64,000 bases of DNA, taken from assembly GCA_965178125.1 (NCBI GenBank), contig OZ237736.1, forward strand, positions 248,001 through 312,000, in the 5' to 3' direction. The notes under the pieces were generated by a model that was not told where the DNA came from, did no database searches, and worked only from the letters and a program-made list of their open reading frames with translations. Within the stretch, counting starts at the first letter, position 1. Each line of letters starts with the position of its first letter. Both the position numbers and the translations under genes were made by a program. Source of the DNA: Bilabrum cf. latius (lineage: Eukaryota). Below, piece after piece: positions 11,679-22,602 of this stretch.

Positions 11679-14033
11679 TCAGCCGCACCTGCCAGCCATC
11701 CAGGACAAGGCCGCGGCTTGCGCCTGCAGCGCCCTGACTTCGCTCTCTAGCAGTGCCCAGCCCTCTCGCACCCTCGAGTCTGTCTCTTTCTCCACCCCTA
11801 TCTTAAGTAACGACGCGTCAGAGCCTGCCGCAGCAGAGATGCCTGCCGACTCGCCGACACTTGTGGGCGAGCAGCGCCCGGTCGCTTCCAGAGCAAGTGC
11901 TCGAAGCACGCTGCCGTGCGGAGGAGGCAAATCCGCGGGCACTCGAAGCGAGAATGCATCAGTGGTGTCCTTGTGGGCACCGTCGTTGCCTGCTTTCGCG
12001 CCGCCGCAGGAAGGACCATCTGGCTTGCTCGAGCAGCAGCTCCTCGCTGCAACCAATGGTGACCCGCTGACGCCATCGCCATGCTCGGTCTTGCCACTTT
12101 CACCACCGTCGCGCGCGCCCCCATGCTCAGCAACCACTGGGGACATGCTGCGCCGGGGCTTGCCTTTAGCGCTCTCATCCAATGCACCGCTCGGTGACTT
12201 TGGTGTGCTGGCACTTCCCCTGGGCAGAGAGAGCACGAGGCAGACGAGAGTGGCGGCATGGGCTCTCTCTAGCTGCACCGCGGTATCACTCGTCACATGC
12301 CCGCCTTCCGGTTCGCCCGGTGAATCTGCGATTTCGACTCCGTTGTGACCCACTGCCCCCAGCACCTTCAGCGCGGGGGCTGCGGCCGCTGTGCCAGCTA
12401 AAGCCGCCGGCAAAGACAGGTGGTCCATGCTGCAAGCGCTCGTCACACGCCCACCATCGTCACCAGTGCTCTAGTTATTGCCCACATCCGGCACGGAAGG
12501 TCCGCAATCTGGCGTGCCGGCCAGCGCGCTTCGGACCAGCCGGAACAGAACCGATGCCTCGAGCGCCTGAAGAAGTTTCCGGGAATCGTCCGCGTGCCTA
12601 GCGCCCAGCAGCATCACCTCTGCCTTGTTGGAGTTGAACGAAGGGTCGCACCCCTACCTGGCTCCGTCTCTCCCCTTCTATGCGGCTGGAGAGGGTCCGT
12701 CCGTTGGTTCACTGACATTCGATGGTGGTTCTGCTGACCCAATGGAACGCCCTGAGAATCGGACGAGTTCGGGAACTCGCTCCACAGAGGAAGCAAGGCT
12801 AGCACCGCAGCACGATGACGAACCAGATGTGACTAGTGCGCCCGGCACACCGTCGCAAGCAGCACTTGGGAGCGGCGATGGCTGCTCGTGCGGGTCCCTC
12901 CTCCGCTGTGCTGCTGCCCCGCCAGCTTCCTCGGCGGCTGCGGCTGCTGCTGCTGCTGCTGCATCTAGATTCAGTTTGGCCACCCAGCAGCACCGTAATG
13001 CAGCGATGTACGCCCGGACGAACTGCCACACAGCGGCGTGGTAACGAGAGCACGGCTTGCTGGGGGCGACAGCTGCCACCTCGGTTGCTGGCAATCTAGC
13101 GGCTGTGGGCCCGCTGCCAGCCGCAACGGGCCCGCCATTCATGATCTGAATAATCTTCCGGAGCGCCTTGCGCAGCGCAGTTGCCTGGCAGCGGTCTTTC
13201 TTGACGTGCAGCTGAAGCGCACCACCGTGCGATGCACCCGGGGCAGGGGCGCTGCTTCCAAGAAGACTGGAGGCCTCGGGCTGGGGCTGGGGCGGCGAGG
13301 CAGAGGCGAATGAAGCTAGTTCTAAAAGCAAAAGGGGGGCCGCGGCCTGCCTTTGCAGATCCACCCAGCCTCGCGGAAGACCCGTGGATGGGTCGGGGAG
13401 TTGCATGGCGCGATGCAGGTCTACTACTGGCGCCCAGTGCGGGGGGAGCTTGAAGCGAGCAGAGTCCATGATCAGGACCGAGTCCGTCTCTGCATCGTAC
13501 GCTCCGATGGGACTAAAGTGTCCGTCGCCTGTCTGGTTAAGGATCTTCCTGGAATACGAGACGGCGAGCACCCTTCCCTCCGAGGTGGTGCAGGTGCTCA
13601 CGCAAGCATCTCGGAACGCTTTCAAGGACGGTGCCACGCCGCCTGTGGCTGCCTCTGGAGGAGGTCTGTTCACATTAGCTTTGGCTCCATTGCACGCGGC
13701 CAGGCATGCAAACTCGTCAAGTGTGATGCCATCCTTCTTGATTTCTTCCACGTCTTTGCAGCACGACAGCTGGTCTTCAGAAAACCACCTCCACACGCTC
13801 TCTCTCCATCGCTACCTGGGATCAACGCCCAAAGTATTTAATGCCATCACCAGCGTGGCCAGTCCACAGAATGCGGGGTCGTCCTGTGTCCGAAACTATG
13901 CAGCCAGTGGAAGGAAGCACTCTGCCGTGCCGTTCATCATTGCTCGCTTGAACCGTTCTCTACCTTCCCCAGATGATAGGTCTACACATGGTTCTTTCAA
14001 CTTTCGGCGGTAAAACCACGGTTTAGCTGCCAT
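11679..14033 (-). CDS. PCS: Phytochelatin synthase (gamma-glutamylcysteinyltransferase), 784 aa with 5 in-frame TAG
   Basis: FYRRKL...FLPLAA*FRTQDDPAFCGLATLVMALNTLGVDPR*RWRESVWRWFSEDQLSCC. Catalytic Cys, His (GDGHFSPIGAYD) and Asp (IMDSARFK) are present. The catalytic Cys lies between TAGs at 13896 and 13812. Ends at TGA. Confidence 0.93.
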
Positions 14034-14168
14034 GGCTTCGTGAATTTTAGATGTGAAGCAGTTGCCGTCGGTCGAGCTTGGTGGGGGTTCCTTCCGGTTC
14101 AATGGAGGTTCGTTCGGAAACTTGAAAAAGGCTCTATCCAAGACCAAAAAGTTCATCACAACAGCCCC

Positions 14169-17100
14169 TTAAACGTCACAGTCCTCTGCAGCTGGCGGCA
14201 GCGCAGCAGCCAGCCCGTCCCTCGCCGCCCCCGAGCTGGGAGCCAGAGCAGCGCCCCCCTCAGAGGAGTCCTTCACGCATGCATCGGCCCAGATCGCGGC
14301 AGCAACCGCGGGAGCCTGCTCGCAATACAGGTGATGCCCAGAATCGCGGATCCGAAACACGCGTGGAAGGCCATCCCTGGCCTACTTTTGCATCGCCGCG
14401 CCGCCCATGCGCCCGTGGAAGGCGTCGAGCGCATGACTGATGCCCCGCTGCACGGCCCTTCCGCCCTGGGGCGACATCCAGTCGTGGGAACCGCCGTACA
14501 TGAAGCTGAGCCCGGGCAACCCGAGCACGCCCCGGGTCAGTCCGCTGGTCCTGACGCCAGCCGCGACTTCCAGCGATGTGACGAGTGCGACGGCGTGCAG
14601 CAGGTCCCGGGCCGCTCCGGACATCCTCCACTGCAGCGGGGCCCGAGCCCACGCTCCCGGCAGCAAAACCGCAGCGATTGCCCTCTCGCCCAGCGGCGGC
14701 ATCGCCGACAGGGAATAAAGATATTCCGCGAACACGCCCCCGGGGATGTAGGGTGCCACGTGCACGGGGTCGAGCGCGAGGCTCTGCAGCCTTCGCGCCA
14801 GGAGAGCGGCGGTGCACCTGCGACCGAAGGGTCCTGCCAACCTGAGCGCCACCTGAGGGGTGGTGCCGGCCGACCACAGAGGGGCCAGGATCCGCAGCAC
14901 GAGCGGCGGCGGCTTGGACTTCATGACCTGCTCCTTGGCCTGTTCCTTGGATGGCTTTCCATCCGCAGACTCGGCTTCAGATTCATGCGCACCTGCTGGC
15001 CCGTCGTTGGTGCCCGCAGCTGGCCTCGATAGGCCGGCTGAGGATGCCGTGGCTCGACGGCGGGTCACCTGATCCGATCCTGACGCCATTCGATGGTTAA
15101 CGTCCCGAGACACGGCAGGAACGGGCGGGCTGGGGGGCGGCGAGTCGCCGTGCTTGGGCGCGATGTCGATGGGGTCAGCACTGGACCAGTAGCGGCTCGT
15201 GGGGGGCACAACGCCCACCACGCCCGCCTGCCGCGTGGCGGTCTCGAGCGCGGCAAGGGAGGCACACGGCCGAATATGTCCGTTCAGATCGCTACCGAAG
15301 GCCTCCGCGGCACCCTGTTCCGCAGGAGGCACGCCGACCGGCGACAGCAGCGAGAACCTCACGATGTCCCTCGTGGGGTCAAACAGACCCGCCACGGGCC
15401 TCGCAGCGGCATCGCGCGCCTCCTGCGCAGCCACTGCAGCAAACTTCCCGTCCCCGCGGGCGATGTCAGCCAGCAGCGCACGCGCACGATCCACCGCCAC
15501 GCGCTGCCTGTGCCTCACCACGCGCGTGTACAGTGACCCAGCGAGGTATCCTCCCAGGCTGTGCGCCGCGATGATGATCTTGCCCAGACCCCCCGACTAT
15601 GACGGGCTTTCGCCTCTTGTTCGAACTGATGGTGTCTCACCACGAGCCTTTCGGGACTTGGACCTGCTGCGCGGCTTTCTGCCCCCTCGTACAGCGCCCT
15701 CCCTTGTGCTTCCATTCTCTTGGCCATCGACGCCCATTTTCTGACGCGAACCTCCTTCGAGTCCCTGCCGCGGGTCACCTGCATTACCACGCTCCATCGG
15801 CTTGCTCTGCTTGGCTCTGAGGTACAGGTCGAGGTCCTTGAGTGCCTCCACCAGCCCGCACACGAGCCACTCCTCCGCGGCAGCCCGACGCTTGTCCGCC
15901 GAAGTCCTCTCGATCACCGGAAGTGACTTCAAAGGGACCGACCCGGAGGTTGGGCCGCCGCTCTTAGCATTAGAAACTGCACCGATGTTCCCTTGGTACC
16001 TATGCACAGACCCCACGTCGTCCAGCCACCAGGGCGGTCGCACCGGAGCTGCCGACACCGCAGGCGCCTGCATGGCGGGAGTGCCCCCATTTCCTGCGCC
16101 AGCAGATTCGCTGCCAACTCCCAGCCCAGGCTCGCCCAGTGGTCCGTTTCCGGCTACGGCCTCTCGACCCTCAAGCAGCGGCTGCTGCTGCTCAGACTCC
16201 TGGCCCTATGCCGGTGGCCCCTGAAGGCTGCCTTGCGAGGCCACATCGGGAGCGGAAGAGGCCAGCCAGCGCTTGTACATCGAAGCGGCGCGGTCCTCTG
16301 GCGGGCTGCCGATCCTGCACGCGCGCTGGCAGCCCTCCAGCAGCCCGCAACAGGCAGGCACCGCGAACGCGTCGTCGGCAGTGGCTGCGTCCGCAGCGGT
16401 GACCGGCGCAGGCACGCCTTTCGGGCCCGATGGGGGCTGCACCACCCGCGGTCCTGATCCACCGGTGGATTTCGTGTCCCCTGTGAAGCTGCGGCTGGAC
16501 CCGCCCATGCCTCCCCAATCCATGCACACCACACGGGTGCACAGAGGAGCCAAAAACCTGCAAGTCCACGGGTAGAACCCCGCACCCTGGCCAAACCCGT
16601 GGCACAGCACGACGGTCTTGCCCTGGATCGACTCAACCGCACCAGACTCTCCGCGGGAGGCCCGTGCTGCTCCCCTGGCCGCCCATCGACCCGCGTCATC
16701 CTCCGCGCTGTTCTTCGTCATCCTCCTCCACCGGAAGCTGCCCTTGGCCGACCCCTGCAGGCCGGATGGCTCTGCCTCTAGCTGCACGACCGAAGCCCGC
16801 AGGGATTGAGAGGCCCATGCAGCAACATTCCGCCGGCTGAATCGCTTGGGCTGCGCTACCACCCCAGGCACGCCGCTCGCATCCTCCACGCCCAGCCCGT
16901 TGCCGGATCCGTCCCCGTCAGCCCGCCCGGAATTCCCGTCGACCGGTCCGTTTTGAATCAGCAGCGGATCGCGAGCAGTCACTACCACAACGTGAAGGCC
17001 ACCCAGCTCCAGCTGGAGCACCTCGAAGCGCCAGTCCCGGCGAAGGAAGTCCCAGCCCCTGCGCCCGCGCTCCCGCAGGTCGAACAGGCCGTCTTCATCA

Positions 17101-18725
17101 CCCCCCTCGGCAGTGCGGTGGTTGGGTCGCGCCCCCGCCGCAACTCGCATGTCCGCCGCGTCGTGCTGCTGCAAAACAGCGGGCGTGAGCTGATTCCGCC
17201 TCTTGCTTCGAATGGCCCGCGGCACCGTTGAGCCTCTCGGCAGCTCTGCATAGCCAGCAGCAGCAGCTGCAGCGGTCCTCTTTGACGCAGTGGCAGTCGC
17301 CGCGCCACCCGCGCCCGTGACCGGACGATAGCCGTGCTGGATCGAGTTGGCCTTCCTGGCCACCTGCTCAACGGACACATCGCAGTCCCGCACCCACGAC
17401 CCGACAGACGCGATCATTTCGCGGGCGATGAGACGCCTCCCCTCCTCCCCTTGTTCCCTGGACGCGGCCTCCTCCAGCCTGTGCCTCGCCGCTCGCACCG
17501 CCAGCGCGAACCCCCCCGTGCCGCTGCCCATGACCGCCAGGTCGAGTCGCTCGCCGCGGGCACCATACCCCCCGGCGCCCGGCACGATAATCCTCTTCCG
17601 GCTCGTGTCGTTGGGACCGTCCGCGTCCTCGTCCGCACCGCTATATTTCTGATCCACCGGTGGAACAGCAACGATGGCCTCCACGTCGTTCCTGCCCTTG
17701 GCCCACAAGCCCGCGCGGAAGAGCTCTCTTTCCGATCGCACCACGGTCGCGCGCTCTGCACCTCCCCATAGGCGCATAGCAGCCGCAGCTGCCACGGCAG
17801 AGATGGCTGGGATCCCGATGCAGGCGAAGGCTATGACCAGACGCTGCGTGCTGAACAGCCCGTCATTGGTGTCACCCGAACCACCGTCCCCCCCTCTCGC
17901 TGCCCGCTTCTCTCTGCCCACCTCGATCATGCCCAGCTTGAACACGCCCAGCAGGACCAGCAATAGAGCCGACAGAGCAGCCGCCCATGCGGCCCAGGTG
18001 CTCTCTCTCGCCTGCATCGCGTCGCCCCTGTCGAACACATCCATGGCGATGCGCTGCCGGCGGCGGGAGGCGGCGGCATCTAGGGCACTTGCATCGCGGC
18101 TGGCGCCGCGCGAAAACTTGCCATCTACATTGTCTGGATCGGATCGGAAGCAGCTGCAGCAGACCCACGTCTTGGACAGGCCGCGGCAAAGCCAGCGGCA
18201 GTCGCACTGCCAGCAGCACTTCGAGCCGCGCATGCACGTGCCGCAGATCCAGCACTGCGCAATGCACAGCAGCACTGCAAAGAACATACTAGATACGTAC
18301 GCTATGTCAAGCAAGGAGGTCCTCACACCGACGTCAGATATCGACCAGAGCACCATTTCCAGGCCGACGTCCATGGTGTTTCCAACAACATTTCCGAGCC
18401 ACGACCGCTCCCCATTCCCGATGCCGTTGAATGCAAGCATATCCGTAAAGTACGTGACTGTTGGAGAATCACCATCCGCAGCCGAAGAATCTGTCAGGGA
18501 CGCAGCCTCGTACATGAACAGGGCCACGCTGCACACGAGCCCAACTATTGCAACCAGCTGCAGAGGTGTTTGCGCCGCCCAGGCGAAAAGTAGCCAGAGA
18601 ACAACGAAAAAGCTGCCGAATACCAGCATTAGCCCCGCCAGCGGTCCAAGCACAGCCATGATCACGAGGCGCTACAGCGAGGATGGGCTGCTTTTTGTCC
18701 CTTGCTTAGGATAATTCTGTGCCAT
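14169..18725 (-). CDS. ABHD4/ABHD5(CGI-58)-like alpha/beta hydrolase with an N-terminal multi-pass membrane region and long insertions, ~1518 aa
   Basis: One frame through TAG at 18672, 16206, 15597 and 14382. Motifs VVLCHGFGQGAG, DWGGMGGSSR, IAAHSLGGYLA, FMYGGSHDWM and SGHHLYCEQ; the last lies beyond a TAG. Ends at TAA. Confidence 0.85.
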
Positions 18726-18910
18726 AGTCAGTCCGATCGCCTGATATTATTACAAACTACAAATTTGAAGTGGAAAGCAGATCGAAGCTAGTAAAATGGT
18801 GGTGCCACGGTCCTGAATCTGCCAAAAGCCAGTTTCTCCAACTTTGTTTTCATCTTCATAATTATCAGAAGACAAAAGGAAGGCTGTTTCCGCTGTGTAC
18901 ACCTACAAGT

Positions 18911-20125
18911 ATGTCTGGATTCGATTTTCATGAGTGGCAACTGCATGGCGACCATCTATAGCGAGCAACAGTTGGAATGCAACTGTCCTCAGTGATTATC
19001 CCGGGCCTCGTCATAGGCGGTATCATGGTTGGGGCATTGTCAAAAAGCTCAGCGCAGAAGTTCCGAGAAGGAGGAGGCTAGAGAATGGTGCGATATGCTT
19101 TACGAATAGGGGTCCCAGTCTCGCTGGGCTCTGTTGGATATTATACACTAGAGGGGGCACTGCGCGAATCGGTAGCAAGGTACCTCGCCGGCGGTGCAAC
19201 TTTGCCGACGGTTGAGGGAGATGCCAAAGCTACAAAGACTACAGACACGGTATTTCCGTCGTTTCTAGTAGTCAGGCCGAGCACATAGTATGCTGCCACG
19301 TTGTAGTGGCTCGATAGGCGGGGCGTTCGGTGGGCGTCCGGGGAGCTCCGTGCAAGCTAGAAGCAGCCAGATGCCGAAGAACTCGAAAACTCTCACTCGC
19401 AAGCTCGCTCGGGAGATTTTTTGGCTGACGCATCGGCTGATTTTGGCCGGGAACCGCTGGACGATCCGTATCAGCGACGTCCACAGACGCAGGAACCTGC
19501 TCCAGCGCAAGCCGGCCCACTGGCATCCGAACCATCTCGAGCGTCCACCGGCATCGCCAGCAGCAGAAAAGCAGAGGACGAAGAGCTTGAATTCGCGCTT
19601 GCGATCCGTCGCGGTCGCGGGCACCACAGCATCCGAGAGGCCAGGGAGGTCCCGAACGCCTCGGAGCTGCCTGCCACACCGCCCGGCGGCCGACTTGACG
19701 ACTCGGAGCCGCCCGTGCAAGGGCTGGAAGGCTCGGCGCAGCCTACTGGGGCGGTAGAGGGGAAGGATCCCAGGGAGCGCACGGCCCTGGAATCGGTCGC
19801 GTCCTCCATCGGCGGGATGGAGCAGATGCGCCAGCGAGCGAACGAGTACTTCGAGTCTTTGATGCAGCCAAGGGGGCCCCAGGACGGGATCAGCCCTGCC
19901 TGGCTGCCCCCGACGATCGCGAGCAGGGGACTGGCGGGTGGAATCACCGCGGTGTTCGCGAACGCAATGATGGATTCGGGCCTCAAGGGCGGGATGCGGG
20001 GGCTGGGCCTCACCGTGCTCGTCGGCGTGTTCCTGGCGCTCACAGTTCCAACTTTCGAGGATATCATGTGCACGCGAGACGAAGCCAAGCGAAAGGAAGA
20101 GGCGAATTCGGTGCAGAAGTACTGA
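18911..20125 (+). CDS. Membrane protein, 404 aa with 5 in-frame TAG; possibly Tim17/Tim22-like with a central insertion
   Basis: Continuous frame from ATG 18911 to TGA 20123 when TAG is sense. Hydrophobic Gly-rich helices at both ends (IIPGLVIGGIMVGAL; RGLAGGITAV...GLGLTVLVGVFLAL). Family assignment is tentative. Confidence 0.6.
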
Positions 20126-20191
20126 GCGTGGCTAGCCGGTGGAGGTAGATTTACTCGGCGGAATCCAAGAGAGCAGGCGCGATGATATTTG

Positions 20192-20436
20192 TGACGCCGT
20201 CCACTTGTGCAAATGTACTTTAGTATACTTAAGTACACTTGCACAAGTGGACGGCGTCAGTGGTGGTGGATTTTGCTCTTAATGGGTCAAATCGTGCGTG
20301 GAATGGTTGATTGCTGAGAGGATCTGTGTGGGGATGGGGTGTGTGGAGGGGGGGTAAAGTGAGGGTGTGGGGTGGAGGTAGGAGTGGGTGTGTGGGGATG
20401 GATGTGGGAGTTTTCGTGTTAATTTCTCGTATTGGT
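20192..20436 (+). repeat. Left terminal inverted repeat, including a 68-bp palindrome at 20192-20259
   Basis: Matches the reverse complement of 26371-26560 with few mismatches. Palindrome arms are 34 bp with 2 mismatches. Confidence 0.9.
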
Positions 20437-20438
20437 AG

Positions 20439-20789
20439 AAGGAGTGGTGTACCAAAAACCTCGGAGCGAAGTGGATTTTTGATGCGGAGGATCACGAGCT
20501 GGTCTTGGGAACCGAGGTGCACGTCAACTTCGCGACCGCGTGGACGTATCCCGAAAAGTTCTACGAATCCATTGTAGAAGGAGAATGGGGGGTGAAAGCA
20601 GCGTTCGAGGAGTCTGCCAGTGACTTATTTGGCGTGTGGACCCTCGGCGATGTCCCGTACAAAACCGCGGAGGACCGTGCAGCCGTCACGAAGCTGGAAG
20701 CTCCCAAGGCCATTGTGGCGTGGCTGGAGGGCGTGGCAGAGGAGTATGCCGAGATAATGGCCAACGAGGGAGAAGGAGATGATGAATGA
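20439..20789 (+). CDS. 5'-truncated YubB/Api92-like (DUF1281 C-terminal, ferredoxin-like fold) phage-type protein
   Basis: EWCTKNLGAKWIFD...VNFATAWTYPEKFYESI...VKAAFEESASDLFGVW follows the family pattern W..NWGTKW...F.TAWSPP...E.G..F.G as I recall it. No start codon; abuts the TIR; ends at TGA. Confidence 0.6.
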   Translation, partial: KEWCTKNLGAKWIFDAEDHELVLGTEVHVNFATAWTYPEKFYESIVEGEWGVKAAFEESASDLFGVWTLGDVPYKTAEDRAAVTKLEAPKAIVAWLEGVAEEYAEIMANEGEGDDE

Positions 20790-20828
20790 ATTCTGATGGT
20801 TGAATGTCAGCTCGAGCAGGGCTGTGAA

Positions 20829-21421
20829 AGGGAGGAGGTGGTCTGCTTGCCGTCGGAGGGGTGCAGGAACAGAGACACGTTGTGGCCAAGATTTGGCTTT
20901 ACTGGGGCGAACGAGCGATTGTCTGAATTTTTCCAACAAGGAAAACGGTTTTAGAATCAAGTTGCGTCATTGAAATCGTGTCCTAGTACTCCCAAACGGC
21001 TTATAAGCATCGATTTTTGGATCACTAGCAAACCCAATCGCCTCTCCCCCGATGCGGTCGCTCCCACCTACTAGCACAAGCCGCTTTGGTGGCTCAAGGG
21101 CGGTGCAGAGCGATACACAGACGAAATTGAGGCAGACGAGGAACGTGATGAGTGGATTGGTGTACCAGAGCGATAGGTGTGCTAGGGAGGAGGTGGTTTG
21201 CCGTCGGAGAGGGGCAGGGACAGCGACACGTTGTGGCCAAGAGAAGGCAATGCTGAGGCGAACGAGCCATTGTCTGAATTTGTCCCACAAGGAAAACGGT
21301 TTTAGGATCAAGTTAAGTCATTGACACCGTGTCGTACTACTCTCAAACGGCATGAAAGCCTTGATTTTCGGATCACTAGCAAACCCATTCGGCGATCGCC
21401 TCTCCCTCGATGCGGTCGCTC
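20829..21421 (+). repeat. Two diverged ~235-bp direct repeats (20829-21063 and 21184-21421)
   Basis: Shared blocks include GACACGTTGTGGCCAAGA, ACAAGGAAAACGGTTTTAG, GGATCACTAGCAAACCCA and CGATGCGGTCGCTC. Confidence 0.85.
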
Positions 21422-21782
21422 ACGTGCCCCCTGCTTTGCCCCCCTCTTCGCCGTAGGGTTCGCCCCCCTCTTTGTGGTGGGTTTCAATACAGAACTTCAC
21501 ATACTCCAACTTTTCGACCAGAGCTGCTTTTTTTCCTAGTGCGGCTTGCCATTTCGTCTTGGCGCAGTCAGCTTCGATCTGGGCGCGGCCAGCAGCCTGC
21601 GACGCGGCATTAAACTCCCGTCGTGCTGCACGCCACTCCTCTATAGCTTCTTCTGCAGCGGTACGTAGAAGCACTTCCGCTCTCTCAAGTCCTTTCCCGA
21701 ACCCCGCTTTATAATCCTTATCCATTTCTTCGGTAAAATTAATATGATACCAGTCGCTAGATCTACCTTTGGCGTAAATCAC
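21420..21782 (-). CDS. Hypothetical coiled-coil ORF fragment inside the TIR element
   Basis: Open for about 120-150 codons with protein-like composition. No clear ATG; ends at TGA adjoining the direct repeat. Confidence 0.3.
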   Translation of the reverse strand: MIYAKGRSSDWYHINFTEEMDKDYKAGFGKGLERAEVLLRTAAEEAIEEWRAARREFNAASQAAGRAQIEADCAKTKWQAALGKKAALVEKLEYVKFCIETHHKEGGEPYGEEGGKAGGT

Positions 21783-21917
21783 ATTTGGTTGCGTGTTGAA
21801 TGGACTTCCCTTTGTGGCGGGCTGGTTGAGGAGTGGCTTGCCCCGTGACCGTAACTCTTGTTCTGGCCAGTACCAACTTTAGTGACAAGTATTCACAGCA
21901 TCCGACCGCTCAACCCA

Positions 21918-22385
21918 TCACTCCGCATTCACGCGGTAGATTTGCACCTCCTGCCCCTCCAGGGCTAAATCGTGGCCATCGCACGATCCGAACAGCTCGG
22001 GGACGGCTCGCCGAGCAACCACGGCTCGGCAAATCTCGGCGAACTTCTCCTGCCCCTTAATTATGTCGGCTAGAGCATGAGAGAAGGCGGTCTTGTCGCG
22101 ACAGGCGGCGAACACGATCTCGATCACGTCCTTGGGTAGCCCCGACCATTCCGACAGGAACGCGGTGGGTAGCTCGTCCAGTGTCGCCTCAATGATCTCC
22201 TGCTGGTACTTGACGAAGCAGTTGTCCTTAACGGTGAGGAACTTGGCGGTTGGCTCACCCACTGCCATGCAGACGACCTCGTACCAGCCGTGCTTCACGC
22301 GGTTGACGGTCTCGGTCTCGTATTTCTCCAGCTTGGGGTACTCCTTCAGAATGTTTGCCCAAGCATCGGTGAACACCTTCCGCAT
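21918..22385 (-). CDS. Hypothetical protein resembling an uncharacterised bacteriophage family; start may lie further upstream
   Basis: FLTVKD...EIIEATLDELPTAFLSEWSGLPKDVIEIV...ELFGSCDGHDLALEGQEVQIYRVN parallels, from memory, phage proteins with YLVLTD...FL....LP...F...FL.SYDG.E...YIYR.N. Ends at TGA. Confidence 0.5.
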   Translation of the reverse strand: MRKVFTDAWANILKEYPKLEKYETETVNRVKHGWYEVVCMAVGEPTAKFLTVKDNCFVKYQQEIIEATLDELPTAFLSEWSGLPKDVIEIVFAACRDKTAFSHALADIIKGQEKFAEICRAVVARRAVPELFGSCDGHDLALEGQEVQIYRVNAE

Positions 22386-22602
22386 TTCATCCTCCTTGGG
22401 CTTATCTCCGAATGTAAAGCCTCCAAGACTCGCTATTGCTCCAGATTTGGGGTCCTCGGGGCGATCCGCTGCGTCGCCAGCTGGTAGAATCAGTTGGTGA
22501 GGCCAGCAAGGTCTCTGAGATTGAGGTCGCGCGGTGGGCGCAGGACCCGCTCGAGGTGCAGGAGCAGATGCGACGTAGCGATGCGGAGGAGTGAGAGAGA
22601 GA

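Noticed and set aside
11679-18725. Single ABHD-PCS fusion gene
   Set aside because: It requires TAA read-through. The linker is AT-richer and PCS has its own typical start (MAAKPWFYRRKL). Kept only as a test case.
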